From positions 1,984,001-2,048,000 of the forward strand of contig CAWETI010000003.1 of NCBI GenBank assembly GCA_963812015.1: a stretch of DNA of 64,000 nt, given 5' to 3'. Origin of the DNA: an uncultured delta proteobacterium. GTDB lineage: Bacteria; Desulfobacterota; Desulfobaccia; Desulfobaccales; 0-14-0-80-60-11. Position 1 is the first letter of the stretch, and every line of letters begins with the position of its first letter. Under the pieces are notes generated by a model that was not told the origin of the DNA, did not search any database, and saw nothing but the letters and a program-made list of their open reading frames with translations. Shown piece by piece: positions 38,898 to 49,407 of this stretch. A program made the position numbers and the translations under genes.

Positions 38898-41744
38898 TTA
38901 TGGGGTTTCGACCCCCGCCAGCAGCGCCACCGGCAGGTGCTGAAAAATCCCGGCCAGGGACAGCGCCGGCTCCAGGCCTTCGTGAGACACCCGGAGAGTG
39001 GCCCGGGTCAAAACGTTTTCCCAGACCTCGGGGGCCCCGACCGGCAGGGGCAATCCCTCTCTCCCCCACACCGTCACCCCCAGGGGCGGGGTACCGGGGG
39101 CCGCCAGCCGGCTGCACAACCGGGGCACCACCGCCAGGACCCAGGCCTCACCCCTTCTCCGGGCAAAGGCGATGATATGCCGGCGGCTGATGCCCCGACT
39201 CATCAGGGGCAGGTAATCGCCTTCCCGGAAGAGCGCCGGTTTGTCCCGGCGGAAATTGAGGGCTTTAGCGGTGACGAAAAGCTTGATGGTCCCATCCTGC
39301 CACCGGGACAGGAGCCTGCCAAAGAGCGCCCCGGGCGCTTTCGTTTCCTGGGATTTCAATTCTTTGAACAGGGCGAGGCGTTTCCGGTAGTCCACCGGCC
39401 GCCGGTTGTCGGGGTCCACCAGGCTAAAGTCCCAGGTTTCCGTGCCTTGATAAAAGTCCGGTTCCCCGGGCGCGGCGATCTTGAGCACCACCTGGGCCAG
39501 GGAATTCAGGGCCCCGTAGTAAGCCACCTGCTCCTGGAACTGTTGAAAATCTTGCAGGAATTGGTTGTCCGCGGCGGGTTCCAGGATGGCGTCCACAAAG
39601 GCCAACAGGGCTTCTTCATGGTCGTGGTTGGTGGCGATCCAGCGGGTATGCACCTTGGCCTCCCGGGCCGCCTTGATCGTATAAGCCTTCAGGCGCGCCT
39701 TGAAACCGGCCTTCTCCTCTTCCGCCAGGGGCCAGGCCCCGACCATGGTCTGATAGAGCAGCATCTCCTCGTTGGGGTCCGGCACCGGCTGCTGGTCTAC
39801 GTCGAGGAGGTGCCGCTGATTTAGGTCGCGCCACCGGGTGAGATGCGCTTCCCACTGCCGGGGCATTTCCGACAGGACGTTGAGGCGCTGGCGCACGTCC
39901 TCGCTGCGCTTGGTATCGTGGGTGGAGGTGGCGTTCAGGGTGCGGGGCCAGTTGGCCTGCCGGTCAAGATTGACGCGATGGAACTCGTCAACCGGCACCG
40001 GCCGCGCCTCGGAGCCCACTTCGTTCAAGGAGGTCAGGCAGTTGTAGACATAGAGGGCGGTGTCCTCCAAACCCTTGGCCATGATGGCTCCGGTGTACTG
40101 CTGCCAGCGCTTGACGAAGCGCAGCCAGTTCCCCCGCTTTTCCTCGGTGAAGGTGGGGAGAAATTGCAGAAAGAGTACCCGGCGGAGAAGGTCATAGGCT
40201 GCGGCGCCGGGGGCCGGGTTCCGCCGCATGGCCTCATTGATGCTGGCATCCAGGTAACGGCCTTCCCGGGGCGGGATGTCGTATTCCCGGATGTAGGTCC
40301 GGTAAATGGGCAGACAGGCGGTCACCTCTTCCAGGGCCTGGACCAGGGCCCGGTGGGAAATATCCTGGCCGTGGCGATCCTGCTCCGCCAGCATATTGAG
40401 CTCCCGCCCCAGTGACTCCACTTCCCCGCCGAACAAGGTTTCGATGCTGAGCTTCTTCTTTTCATAGACGAGATCGGGGAAACTGCCCTGAAAGCCCGTG
40501 AGCCTGGCATAGAGGGAGCCCAGGTCCCGGTGCCCGCTCTCATCCACGAAGACGCCGTTCACCAGATTGAGGAAATCATAGCCGGTGGTGCCGCAGATGG
40601 GCCAGTCTTGGGGCAGGGGCTCGTCCTGGGAGAGAATCTTCTCCACAAAAATGGGGAACCAGGGGTATCCCGCCGCGCCCACTTCCTTGGGAGTGAGGCG
40701 CTCTTTCAACCGCAAGAGATATTCCAGGGGGTCGAACAAGCCGTCGATATGGTCAATCCTCACCCCGGTCACCTTGCCTTCGCCCACCAGCTTGAAGAGC
40801 AAGGCATGGGCAGCCTCAAAGACCCGGGGGTCTTCCACCCGGATACCGATGAGCTCGTTGATGCTGAAAAATCGCCGGTAATTGATAATATCCAGGGTCA
40901 CCTGCCAGAAGGCCAGGCGATACGGCTGCTTGGCCAGGAGGGTATCCAACCGTTCAAAAGAGGCCGGGTCCCCCCGGCGGCCGTTGAATAGGCCAATATT
41001 GGTATCCAGAAACTCCTGGATTTCCGGCGAGTCCTGGTACAGGAGCCACAATCCTTTCTGGAGTTCTTCCTTTTTCCGCAGCCGTTCCTTGAGTTTTACC
41101 GAGCTGGTCAGGGTGCGGGGCGGCAGTTGTTCCAGCAGGATGATCAGGCCTTGGAGGCCGAGGACGGCGGGATGCCGCTCACCCAGTTGCCGTTCCAGGT
41201 CGTCGAGGCGGAAAGTAAGGATGTCCAGGTAAGTCTTGGGGTCCAGGGGGAAGTGATACTCATAAAAGTCAATTCTAAAGCCGTCTTTCCCCAGGCTCAG
41301 GTGGAGGTCCTGGTCTTCCAGGGCCTGGCCGAAAGGTTTTCCCAGGACCGGTAGGAGCACCCGGTCAATGAGGGTGCCTTTGGAGGGGTGCCAGTCAATA
41401 TCAAAAAATACCGCATAGGGAGACTTGGCGCCGTTCTCCAGCACGTCCATCCACCAGGGGTTGGAGGGGTCCATGGCCATGTGATTGGGCACCACGTCCA
41501 GCAACAGCCCCATGCCGTAAGCTTTGAGCTTGAGGACTAAGTGGTCGAAGGCGGCCTTGGAGCCCAACTCGGGGTTGAGTTCCAGAGGGTTGGTGACGGA
41601 GTAGCCATGGAGACTCCCCCGCCGGGCCTTAAACAGGGGGGAGGCATAAAGGGTGGTGATGCCCAGGTCCCTAAGGTAAGGCAACAGTCTCCGGGCCTCG
41701 AGAAAGCCAAAACCCTGGTGAAGTTGGAGGCGGTAGGTGGCCAT
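38898..41744 (-). CDS. treY: Malto-oligosyltrehalose synthase
   Basis: ATYRLQ, DVVPNHMA, RIDHIDGL, TSTHDTKRSEDVR, SLVDPDNRRPVDY. Confidence 0.96.
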   Translation of the reverse strand: MATYRLQLHQGFGFLEARRLLPYLRDLGITTLYASPLFKARRGSLHGYSVTNPLELNPELGSKAAFDHLVLKLKAYGMGLLLDVVPNHMAMDPSNPWWMDVLENGAKSPYAVFFDIDWHPSKGTLIDRVLLPVLGKPFGQALEDQDLHLSLGKDGFRIDFYEYHFPLDPKTYLDILTFRLDDLERQLGERHPAVLGLQGLIILLEQLPPRTLTSSVKLKERLRKKEELQKGLWLLYQDSPEIQEFLDTNIGLFNGRRGDPASFERLDTLLAKQPYRLAFWQVTLDIINYRRFFSINELIGIRVEDPRVFEAAHALLFKLVGEGKVTGVRIDHIDGLFDPLEYLLRLKERLTPKEVGAAGYPWFPIFVEKILSQDEPLPQDWPICGTTGYDFLNLVNGVFVDESGHRDLGSLYARLTGFQGSFPDLVYEKKKLSIETLFGGEVESLGRELNMLAEQDRHGQDISHRALVQALEEVTACLPIYRTYIREYDIPPREGRYLDASINEAMRRNPAPGAAAYDLLRRVLFLQFLPTFTEEKRGNWLRFVKRWQQYTGAIMAKGLEDTALYVYNCLTSLNEVGSEARPVPVDEFHRVNLDRQANWPRTLNATSTHDTKRSEDVRQRLNVLSEMPRQWEAHLTRWRDLNQRHLLDVDQQPVPDPNEEMLLYQTMVGAWPLAEEEKAGFKARLKAYTIKAAREAKVHTRWIATNHDHEEALLAFVDAILEPAADNQFLQDFQQFQEQVAYYGALNSLAQVVLKIAAPGEPDFYQGTETWDFSLVDPDNRRPVDYRKRLALFKELKSQETKAPGALFGRLLSRWQDGTIKLFVTAKALNFRRDKPALFREGDYLPLMSRGISRRHIIAFARRRGEAWVLAVVPRLCSRLAAPGTPPLGVTVWGREGLPLPVGAPEVWENVLTRATLRVSHEGLEPALSLAGIFQHLPVALLAGVETP

Positions 41745-41848
41745 GACCCTCGTTGATCATCATTCCCGGCCCGAAAAAGTCCGATAACGCTATTAGGGAA
41801 ACGGGGGGTAAACCTGCTCCCCATCGCGGGTTCAGGTAGAGCGTTCCC

Positions 41849-43696
41849 TTATTCCGGTGGCGCGGTTGTAAACAGGATCACTGCCTGCGGCGGCAGCGGC
41901 AGGGAGACCTCCCCTTCCGACCGGATGGTGAGGGGGACAGTGCTCCCAGCACCATACCAGCGCTCTTCGCCGCTGTCCAGAATTTTACGCCAGAAACCCG
42001 CCGGCAACGGCAGTTCCAGGGTCACCGGGGATTGGCCGAAGTGAAAGATGGCGCAGACCTCATCCTCCCCGGCCCAACGCCGCACCATGAGGACTTTGGG
42101 CCCCTCGAAACTCGCCACCTCCAGGTCGTCCTTGCTCAAATGGGCCAGGGCCGGGTGCTCTCGCCGCAGCCGGAGGAGCTCCCGATAGTACCCATACAGG
42201 GTCCGGTGTTTGCCCTCATGGCACAGTTCACGGTTGAGGGTGGAGCGCTTAAAAGTCTCCTCCCCCTGGGGGTCGGGGGGCTCCTCCGTCCACCCGAACC
42301 CAGCGAACTCAGCCTTACGGCCGTGCCGCACCGCCTCGATCAGGTCAGGGTCCCCGTGGCTGACGAAATATTGAAAGGGCGCGGTATCCCCGTATTCTTC
42401 CCCCATGAACAGCAAAGGAATAAAGGGAGACAGGAGCACCGCGCCGGCGGCCAGCTTCAGGGCGTCAAACGAGACCAGGCTGCTGAGGCGCTCCCCACCG
42501 AGGCGGTTGCCCACCTGGTCGTGGTTTTGGGCAAAGACCAGGAAGCGGTCGGCCGATAGGTCCCGGCAGGCGGAGCCCCGGCGGCGCTGCCGGTAGCCGG
42601 AATATTCCCCGGTATAGATGAATCCGTCGGTAAAGGCCTTGGCTAGATGCCCCACCTTGCCGTAATCCTGGTAGTAGCCCGTGGTCTCCCCGGTGAGGAG
42701 GTGATGCAGGGCATGGTGGAAGTCGTCGTTCCAGTGGACGTCCAGTCCAAAACCGCCCAACTCCGGAGCGCGGATGAAGCGGGAGTCGTTGAGGTCGGAC
42801 TCCGCCATCAGGTAGATCCGGCGGTTCAGCGTCTCGGCCCGGTCGTGCACCGTCTGGGCCAGGCCGGCCAGGAACGGCTGGGCCGATTGGTCGCTGATGC
42901 GGTCCACGGAATCCAGGCGCAGGGCGTCGATATGGAAGTCGGTGACCCAATGGAGGGCGTTTTCCAAAAAGAAGCGCCGCACCTCTTCGCTGTGGGGACC
43001 GTCAAAGTTGAGGGCTTCTCCCCAGGGGGTGCGCCTGCGGTCGGTGAAGTAGGGCCCGAAATCCCGCAGGTAGTTGCCTTCCGGGCCCAGGTGGTTGTAG
43101 ACCACGTCCAGCAGCACGGCCAGACCCCGGCGATGGCAGGCGTTCACCAGCCGCTTCAGCCCCTGGGGTCCGCCATAGCTCTGCTGCACCGCAAAGGGAT
43201 AAACGCCGTCGTAGCCCCAGTTACGGTTGCCCGGAAACTGGGCCACCGGCATGATTTCCACCGCGGTGAGGCCCAGCTCCTTGAGGTCGTCCAGATGGGG
43301 GATAACCGCGTCAAAGGTGCCGGCGGGGGTGAAGGCGCCCACGTGCAGCTCATAGATGATAAAATCTTTCAGGGACAGGCCGAACCAGCCCTGGTCTTCC
43401 CAGGGAAAGTCGGGGTCCGCCACCTGGGAGGGCCCGTGCACGTCTTCCGGCTGATGCCGGGAGGCCGGGTCTGGACGTTCTGTCTCCCCGTCGAGACGGT
43501 AGAAATAACGGCGGCCCGGCCTGACGCCGTCCACCCGCCCGTAATGATAGCCCCGGGCCCCCGGGGTCAACGGCACGTAACGGTCGCCGGGAGCCAGCAG
43601 ATGCACCTCAACCTTTGCCGCCCGGGGCGCCCAGACCAGAAAATGGCACTGTTCATTGCCCAGGTAAACGGCCCCCAGAGGCGCGGCTGAAGGCAT
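41849..43696 (-). CDS. treZ: Malto-oligosyltrehalose trehalohydrolase
   Basis: YELHVGAFT, RNWGYDGV, DVVYNHLGPEGNY, QNHDQVGNR. Confidence 0.96.
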   Translation of the reverse strand: MPSAAPLGAVYLGNEQCHFLVWAPRAAKVEVHLLAPGDRYVPLTPGARGYHYGRVDGVRPGRRYFYRLDGETERPDPASRHQPEDVHGPSQVADPDFPWEDQGWFGLSLKDFIIYELHVGAFTPAGTFDAVIPHLDDLKELGLTAVEIMPVAQFPGNRNWGYDGVYPFAVQQSYGGPQGLKRLVNACHRRGLAVLLDVVYNHLGPEGNYLRDFGPYFTDRRRTPWGEALNFDGPHSEEVRRFFLENALHWVTDFHIDALRLDSVDRISDQSAQPFLAGLAQTVHDRAETLNRRIYLMAESDLNDSRFIRAPELGGFGLDVHWNDDFHHALHHLLTGETTGYYQDYGKVGHLAKAFTDGFIYTGEYSGYRQRRRGSACRDLSADRFLVFAQNHDQVGNRLGGERLSSLVSFDALKLAAGAVLLSPFIPLLFMGEEYGDTAPFQYFVSHGDPDLIEAVRHGRKAEFAGFGWTEEPPDPQGEETFKRSTLNRELCHEGKHRTLYGYYRELLRLRREHPALAHLSKDDLEVASFEGPKVLMVRRWAGEDEVCAIFHFGQSPVTLELPLPAGFWRKILDSGEERWYGAGSTVPLTIRSEGEVSLPLPPQAVILFTTAPPE

Positions 43697-43722
43697 GATC
43701 TTCTCCTTTAGTCCTTTTCCAT

Positions 43723-43853
43723 AAGCTATTGCAAAACCGGTTTATGGTGTCACCCTGAGCGCCAGCGAAGGGTCTAGGTTATTGGAAAGAATAGATGCTT
43801 CGTTTCGCTCAGAATGACCAACTGGCGCAAAAAGAGGCTTTGAAATAGGCTCT
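43723..43853. repeat. Palindromic miniature element, copy 3
   Basis: AAGCTATTGCAAAACC...GTCACCCTGAGCGCCAGCGAAG...CTTCGTTTCGCTCAGAATGAC...GGCTTTGAAATAGGCT. Confidence 0.72.
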
Positions 43854-44174
43854 CTGGTTGATTCAAGCGGCAACCGTCTTATCTTTATGAAATATGCGGG
43901 GCAAGAGGGGGAATCAGGCTCAGGGCACCGGCCTGGTGACTTTCGCAGCAAATCATACGTCAGTCGAATACCCTTCCCCTTGCTTCGGGCCAGCCCGGCT
44001 ATCATCCCCGGCAACCGCGGACATTAATCGACAATAGGGCTTTATCCTGATTGTTACTATAAGTAAGCATTTCTTTTTATTCATCAAGATCATGTAATTA
44101 TTTCGCAGTTCCGATAAAAACTGCCTGCTACCTTGAATCTTGGGTATGGTCATAAAGGCGCCGGGGAGGTATGC

Positions 44175-45158
44175 ATGGGGCAAGAGACCTGGGGCATCGG
44201 GGTTGACCTGGGCGGCACCAAGGTAAAAGTGGCGGTGGTGGACGCCAAAGGCACAATTCACCAGGAACTCCGTCAGCCTACCAACGTTGCCGGTGGGCCG
44301 GATCGCATCATTGCGGATATTGTCGAGATGGTGCGACAGGTATGGAAACAAGGTCCGCCATCTGCCTGCGCCGGATTGGGGGTGGGGGTAGCCGGCCAGA
44401 TCACCCCGGATACGGGGGTGGTCCGGTCCTCTCCCAACCTGAACTGGCGGGAGGTGCCTTTCCGGGACCGGCTCCAGGCGACTGTGAACCTGCCGGTAGT
44501 GGTCACCAACGATGTCCGGGCCGCCACCTGGGGGGAATGGCTCCACGGCTCCGGCCAGGGGGTCGAGGACCTCATCTGCCTGTTTATCGGCACCGGGGTG
44601 GGCGGCGGGGTGGTAAGCGGCGGCCGGATGCTGTCCGGCTGCACCAACACCGCCGGGGAGCTGGGTCACATGACCACGGAGCTCAACGGCCCCCGGTGCA
44701 CCTGCGGCAACCGGGGCTGCCTCGAGGCCCTGGTCGGAGGCTGGGCCATCGCCCGCCGAGTCCGGGAGGCCATCCAGGAGGCCCCCGAGGCCGGGAAGGC
44801 CCTCCTTAAGGCCGCAGGGCTCAAGGAACCGCTGGCCCCCGAAGACGTCACCGCCAAAGTGGTGGCTGACGCCGCCCGAGCCGGCGATCCCCTGGCCCGG
44901 GTTATCGTGGATGAGGTGGCCCGGGCCCTGATCGCCGGCACGGTGAGTCTGGTCAACGCCTTTAACCCCTGCCGCCTGATCCTGGGAGGGGGAGTGATGC
45001 AGGGGCTGCCGGAACTCGTGGACCGCATCGACCGGGGCATCCGCCAATCCGCACTGAAAACCGCCAGTGAGGGGTTGCAGGTCCTGCCGGGCAAGCTGGA
45101 AAACGATGCCGGGGTGGTGGGGGCCGCCACCCTGGCCATCCGGTCTTTCGCCCCTTGA
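44175..45158 (+). CDS. ROK-family sugar kinase (glucokinase)
   Basis: GVDLGGTK, GELGH, CTCGNRGCLE. Confidence 0.9.
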   Translation: MGQETWGIGVDLGGTKVKVAVVDAKGTIHQELRQPTNVAGGPDRIIADIVEMVRQVWKQGPPSACAGLGVGVAGQITPDTGVVRSSPNLNWREVPFRDRLQATVNLPVVVTNDVRAATWGEWLHGSGQGVEDLICLFIGTGVGGGVVSGGRMLSGCTNTAGELGHMTTELNGPRCTCGNRGCLEALVGGWAIARRVREAIQEAPEAGKALLKAAGLKEPLAPEDVTAKVVADAARAGDPLARVIVDEVARALIAGTVSLVNAFNPCRLILGGGVMQGLPELVDRIDRGIRQSALKTASEGLQVLPGKLENDAGVVGAATLAIRSFAP

Positions 45159-45414
45159 GGCCAGGCTGCCGGCGGATAATTTATCCTCGATGTGCTACCC
45201 GCGGGCCTTTTCGTGACCGCGCCGGCGAATCCGTTGCCGCCTTTGGCGCAAATCTCAAACCATCAATCCGGACCCGCACCAGTCAGCTTGAAGCCAATAC
45301 TCAGGCCGGCGGAGTCACCCTCCTCCAGGGGGCGCACTGCGCACCGTGGACCAGGATCATGGCGGGCCCGGAGGCCCGCCCCACCAAGAAAGCCGGGACG
45401 AGAGGCCTGAGCGC

Positions 45415-46548
45415 TTAGCTCTGTTCTTCCAACTCCACCTTGAGGGAGAAGAAATCCAGCAGGTCTTTTAAGGTCACCACTCCCACCAGACGGCCGTGGT
45501 CCACCACCATCAGCCGGCTAATCCCGCCTTGGCTCATCATGGCCAGGGCCTTGATGGCGTCGGTCTGGGGGGAAATGGAGTTGTCCGGCGAGCAGGGGTC
45601 GGCCACTTCCCGGATGGTCTCCCGGCTCCACTCCTCCCGGGGAATTTCCTTCACCTGCCGGGTGGTGATGCAGCCCACCAGCTTTTCTCCCGCCATGACC
45701 GGGAACATTTTATAATGATACTTATAGATATAATCTTCCACCAGGTTTTCCACGGTAATGGAGTCCTGCACCGTCACCGGGTTGGCGTTCATGAAGCGGC
45801 TGACCGGTTCCCCCTCCAGGGCCTTGCGGACCAAAAGCTGCTGGTAAGACATCTGGGCGGCATTCCGCAGGAACATGCCGATGAGGAACATCCACACCCC
45901 GCCGATGACATTGCCGCCGATGAACTGTAGGACGCCCAGGAAGATGAGGCCGATGCCGAACGCGGCGCCGATGCTGGAAGAAACCCGGGTGGCCCACCGG
46001 AGGTTGTCTTTGGCGCCCCAGAGGATGGAGCGCAGCACCCGGCCGCCGTCCAGGGGGAAGGCCGGCAGGAGGTTAAAGGCCGCCAGGATGCCGTTGATAT
46101 AGGCGATATAATAGATGACCCCGATAATTGGGGTGCTCCAGCCGACGGACTGCCCCCAGCGGTAGATCAGATAAAATACCGCCCCGATGGCCATACTGGA
46201 CAGAGGACCGACTATGGCCATCATGAATTCGGCTTTGGCGGTGGGGGGCTCATCCCCCATCTCGGCCACCCCGCCGAAAATGAACAGGGTGATGCCCTTC
46301 ATGGGCATGCCGAATTTCCGGGCCACCAGGGAATGGCAGAACTCGTGGGCCACGATGGAAGCAAAGAGGCCCAGGGCCCCCACTACCCCCATAATCCAGT
46401 AGGTCTCCCGGGAGAGCTTCGGATACAGGTAGGGAAAGAGCCCCGCCGCCAAAGACCAGGTGACCAGCACCGCGATGACCAGCCAACTTAAATCGATGCG
46501 AACCTCGAACCCGAGGAGCTTAAACAGTTTCATGCGCTTGCCGAACAT
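45415..46548 (-). CDS. Site-2 protease (M50) with tandem CBS domains
   Basis: HEFCH, FNLLPAFPLDGG, C-terminal CBS pair. Confidence 0.93.
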   Translation of the reverse strand: MFGKRMKLFKLLGFEVRIDLSWLVIAVLVTWSLAAGLFPYLYPKLSRETYWIMGVVGALGLFASIVAHEFCHSLVARKFGMPMKGITLFIFGGVAEMGDEPPTAKAEFMMAIVGPLSSMAIGAVFYLIYRWGQSVGWSTPIIGVIYYIAYINGILAAFNLLPAFPLDGGRVLRSILWGAKDNLRWATRVSSSIGAAFGIGLIFLGVLQFIGGNVIGGVWMFLIGMFLRNAAQMSYQQLLVRKALEGEPVSRFMNANPVTVQDSITVENLVEDYIYKYHYKMFPVMAGEKLVGCITTRQVKEIPREEWSRETIREVADPCSPDNSISPQTDAIKALAMMSQGGISRLMVVDHGRLVGVVTLKDLLDFFSLKVELEEQS

Positions 46549-46712
46549 CTCTTATCTCCCCCTTAAACCTGACCTTGCCCCCGGGCGGCCTGAGACTGCC
46601 CCGGGATAGGCCCCGAACTTGTGCCCGATAACGTAAGCATTATCTGAGGAATTGCCAGTATAACCTTTAGGGATTGACCCGGATAAGATGGGGAAAGTGG
46701 ATGGCCTTCACT

Positions 46713-47564
46713 CTATTTCCCGCCGCCGCGCTTGAGCAGCGCCTCCAGTTCCTTCGCTTCCTGCTCCTGGCCCCGGGTTTGGTAGATGCCCAGCAAGAGG
46801 TTGCCGTTGAGCATCGCCTCGGCCTTATCGCCCCGGGCCAGGGCCACCAGGGTCAGGTCCTTGAGGGTGGCGGCAATGCCATCGGTATCCTGGAGGCGGC
46901 GGAATTCCACCAGGGCCTCCTTGAGATACATGGCGGCCCGGTCGTAGTCCGAAATGTCCAGGAAGGTGCGCCCCAGGCGCTCCAGGCGCAGGGCCCGGCC
47001 CCGCCGGTCTTTGGTCCCCGTATCGGCCATGACCGCCTGGTGGTAATAGTTCAGGGCCAGGGTGTAGTCCTTATGGGCCCGGGCCACATCCCCCAGGTGG
47101 GTCAGGGTCAAGGCCAGGAGCGGCCCCGGGGGCAGCAGCCGGGCCTGATCCAGGGCTTCCAGGTAGGTTGACTGCGCCTCCCGGAGGCGGCCCTGGGATT
47201 GATACGCCAGGCCCAGATTGTTCAGGGTCTCGCAGATGGCGGCGGGGTCGTTCAGTTCCCGGTTCACGGCCAGGGCTTCCTGGAAGTGGCGCACCGCCTG
47301 GTCAAGATTTCCCTGGGCCTGGGCGATGGCCCCCAGGTTGTTGAGGTTGGAGGCGGTGCCGGACCTGCGGTCGATGAGACGGTTATAAGCCAGGGCCTGC
47401 TCGAACTTTTCCTGGGCCAGGTTCCAGTGGCTCTGGCGGTAATACTGATACCCCGCCTCATTGAGAGAAATCGCTTCTTGTTTGAGGTCCACGCCGGTCT
47501 TGGCCGGGCCGCCGCAGCCCGCCACGATGATCAGCACCCATAGCCAGCACCACCGGTAGCTCAC
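46713..47564 (-). CDS. TPR-repeat lipoprotein
   Basis: Lipobox VAGC; repeated LNNLG...A..Y..AL. Confidence 0.85.
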   Translation of the reverse strand: MSYRWCWLWVLIIVAGCGGPAKTGVDLKQEAISLNEAGYQYYRQSHWNLAQEKFEQALAYNRLIDRRSGTASNLNNLGAIAQAQGNLDQAVRHFQEALAVNRELNDPAAICETLNNLGLAYQSQGRLREAQSTYLEALDQARLLPPGPLLALTLTHLGDVARAHKDYTLALNYYHQAVMADTGTKDRRGRALRLERLGRTFLDISDYDRAAMYLKEALVEFRRLQDTDGIAATLKDLTLVALARGDKAEAMLNGNLLLGIYQTRGQEQEAKELEALLKRGGGK

Positions 47565-47566
47565 GT

Positions 47567-48580
47567 CTAATCCTTTCCCGGTTCCGCATCCAACCGGATG
47601 GTATGCTCCTGGATTGGGGGCACGTACCGGCGCAGCAGCCAGGACCGCTGCATCGCCTTAGCCGTCGAGTCAACGTCGCCGAAGGCACCCTCCCCCCGGG
47701 TTACCAACCCCGGCAGGCCCTGCCCGGCCCGGTTCAGGTTCGTGAGGAAACCCTCCAGGTTCTTGGCCATATCCGGCAACCGGGCCGCGGCGTCCTTCAG
47801 GTCGGCGGTGGTCCGGTTGAGGTTGGCAAAGGAGGCCTGGAGCTCGGCCATGGTCTTGATGGCCTGATCCTTAAAGGCCGGGTCGTTCACCAGGGTGCCC
47901 AACAGGCCCTTGCTTTTTCCCAGGTCGTCCACAAATTTCCGCACCTGGGTCATGGTCTCGGCGGTATCCCGGTAGAGGACGGGATCATTCACCAACTGTC
48001 CCAGGCTCCCCTTGCCGGTGTTGACCTTGGAGACAATTTCCTTAAAGGAGGTGACGATTTGGCCGAATTCACTGTCCGGCTCCGACATGCGCCCGGTGAT
48101 GGACACCAGGCTGGTGAGAACTTTTTGCAAATCTTCCAGGCTGGGGGCCGCCCGGGCCAGGAGCAGGGTGATATCCAACGGCTCCACCGAGGCCACGATC
48201 CCTGCCGGCGGTATCTGCGGTTTTTTGCGGGTACCGGTGGTCAGGTCCAGGCTTTTTTCACCCAGCAAGCCCATGAAGCCGATGGTGGACCGGGAATCCT
48301 CGCGAATCCGGTCGCTGTACTTTTTCAACACCTGGAAGGTGACCACGATGTCGCCGTCTGGATTGATGGAGGTATTGAGGACATTGCCCACCGTCACCCC
48401 GGCCATATGGACCTCGGAGCCGGCCTTGAGGCCGCTGACATTCTTGAAGATGGTCCGGTACTCCACGTATTCCTGAAAGAGTCCTTCCTGTTGGGCCACG
48501 ATCAAGGCCATGACGAGGAGGGCCGCCAGGGAGGCTACGACAAAGATGCCGACGATGGTTTCATATCTGCGCGTAATCAT
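47567..48580 (-). CDS. mlaD: MCE/MlaD-family protein
   Basis: N-terminal TM, GLKAGSEVHMAGVTVG, GLLGEKSLDL, helical tail. Confidence 0.88.
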   Translation of the reverse strand: MITRRYETIVGIFVVASLAALLVMALIVAQQEGLFQEYVEYRTIFKNVSGLKAGSEVHMAGVTVGNVLNTSINPDGDIVVTFQVLKKYSDRIREDSRSTIGFMGLLGEKSLDLTTGTRKKPQIPPAGIVASVEPLDITLLLARAAPSLEDLQKVLTSLVSITGRMSEPDSEFGQIVTSFKEIVSKVNTGKGSLGQLVNDPVLYRDTAETMTQVRKFVDDLGKSKGLLGTLVNDPAFKDQAIKTMAELQASFANLNRTTADLKDAAARLPDMAKNLEGFLTNLNRAGQGLPGLVTRGEGAFGDVDSTAKAMQRSWLLRRYVPPIQEHTIRLDAEPGKD

Positions 48581-49407
48581 GGAGTCGTTTTCCCCTGAGG
48601 CTCCCGGTGGAGAAAGCGCAAGACCTCGGGATGGGACGATCGCAAAAATTCCTCATAGGTCCCTTCAAAGACCCACCGGCCTTCGTGGAGCAATACCAGC
48701 CGATCCGCCACCAGTTGGGTGAGGCGCAGGTCATGGGTGACCACGATGGAGGTGACCTCCAATGCCTGCTGGAGGCCCCGGAGCAGGCCACCGATCTCGT
48801 CCCCGGTAATGGGGTCCAGCCCGGAGGTGGGCTCGTCATAGATGATGATCTGGGGGTCCAGGGCCAGGCTGCGGGCCAGGGCGGCGCGGCGCTGCATGCC
48901 ACCGGATAGGGCGGTGGGCTCGAGGCCCTCCACCTCCGCCAGCCCCACCTGGGCCAGTTTCTCCACCACCCGGCGCTCGATCTCGGCTTCACTCCAATCG
49001 GTGTGTTGCACCATGGGGAAGGCGACGTTTTCCCCCACGGTCATGGAATCATACAGCGCCGAGCCCTGGAACAGGTAGCCGGTCTTCAGGCGCAGAGCCC
49101 GCCAATCGGCATCACTGGCAAAATTGGTGATTTCTGTGCCTTCCACGGTAATGCTGCCGGCATCCGGTATATTCAGCCCCACCAGCATGCTGGTCAACAC
49201 GGTCTTGCCCGAGCCGCTGCGGCCCAGGATCACCAGGGTCGCTCCCGGGAAAATATCCAGGTCCACCCCCTCGAGCACGGAGTTATCGCCAAAGGCCTTA
49301 GATATGCCTCGGAAGGATATCAAGGGAACTTGAGACCCCGGTTTCCGGCGGGGGGACTCCTGCGCCTTAGGGCCAGAGGAGTAGCGTAAGTTTGGTAAGA
49401 AAGACAT
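48577..49407 (-). CDS. mlaF: MlaF-like ABC ATPase
   Basis: GRSGSGKT, LSGGMQRR, YDEPTSGLDP. Confidence 0.9.
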   Translation of the reverse strand: MSFLPNLRYSSGPKAQESPRRKPGSQVPLISFRGISKAFGDNSVLEGVDLDIFPGATLVILGRSGSGKTVLTSMLVGLNIPDAGSITVEGTEITNFASDADWRALRLKTGYLFQGSALYDSMTVGENVAFPMVQHTDWSEAEIERRVVEKLAQVGLAEVEGLEPTALSGGMQRRAALARSLALDPQIIIYDEPTSGLDPITGDEIGGLLRGLQQALEVTSIVVTHDLRLTQLVADRLVLLHEGRWVFEGTYEEFLRSSHPEVLRFLHREPQGKTTP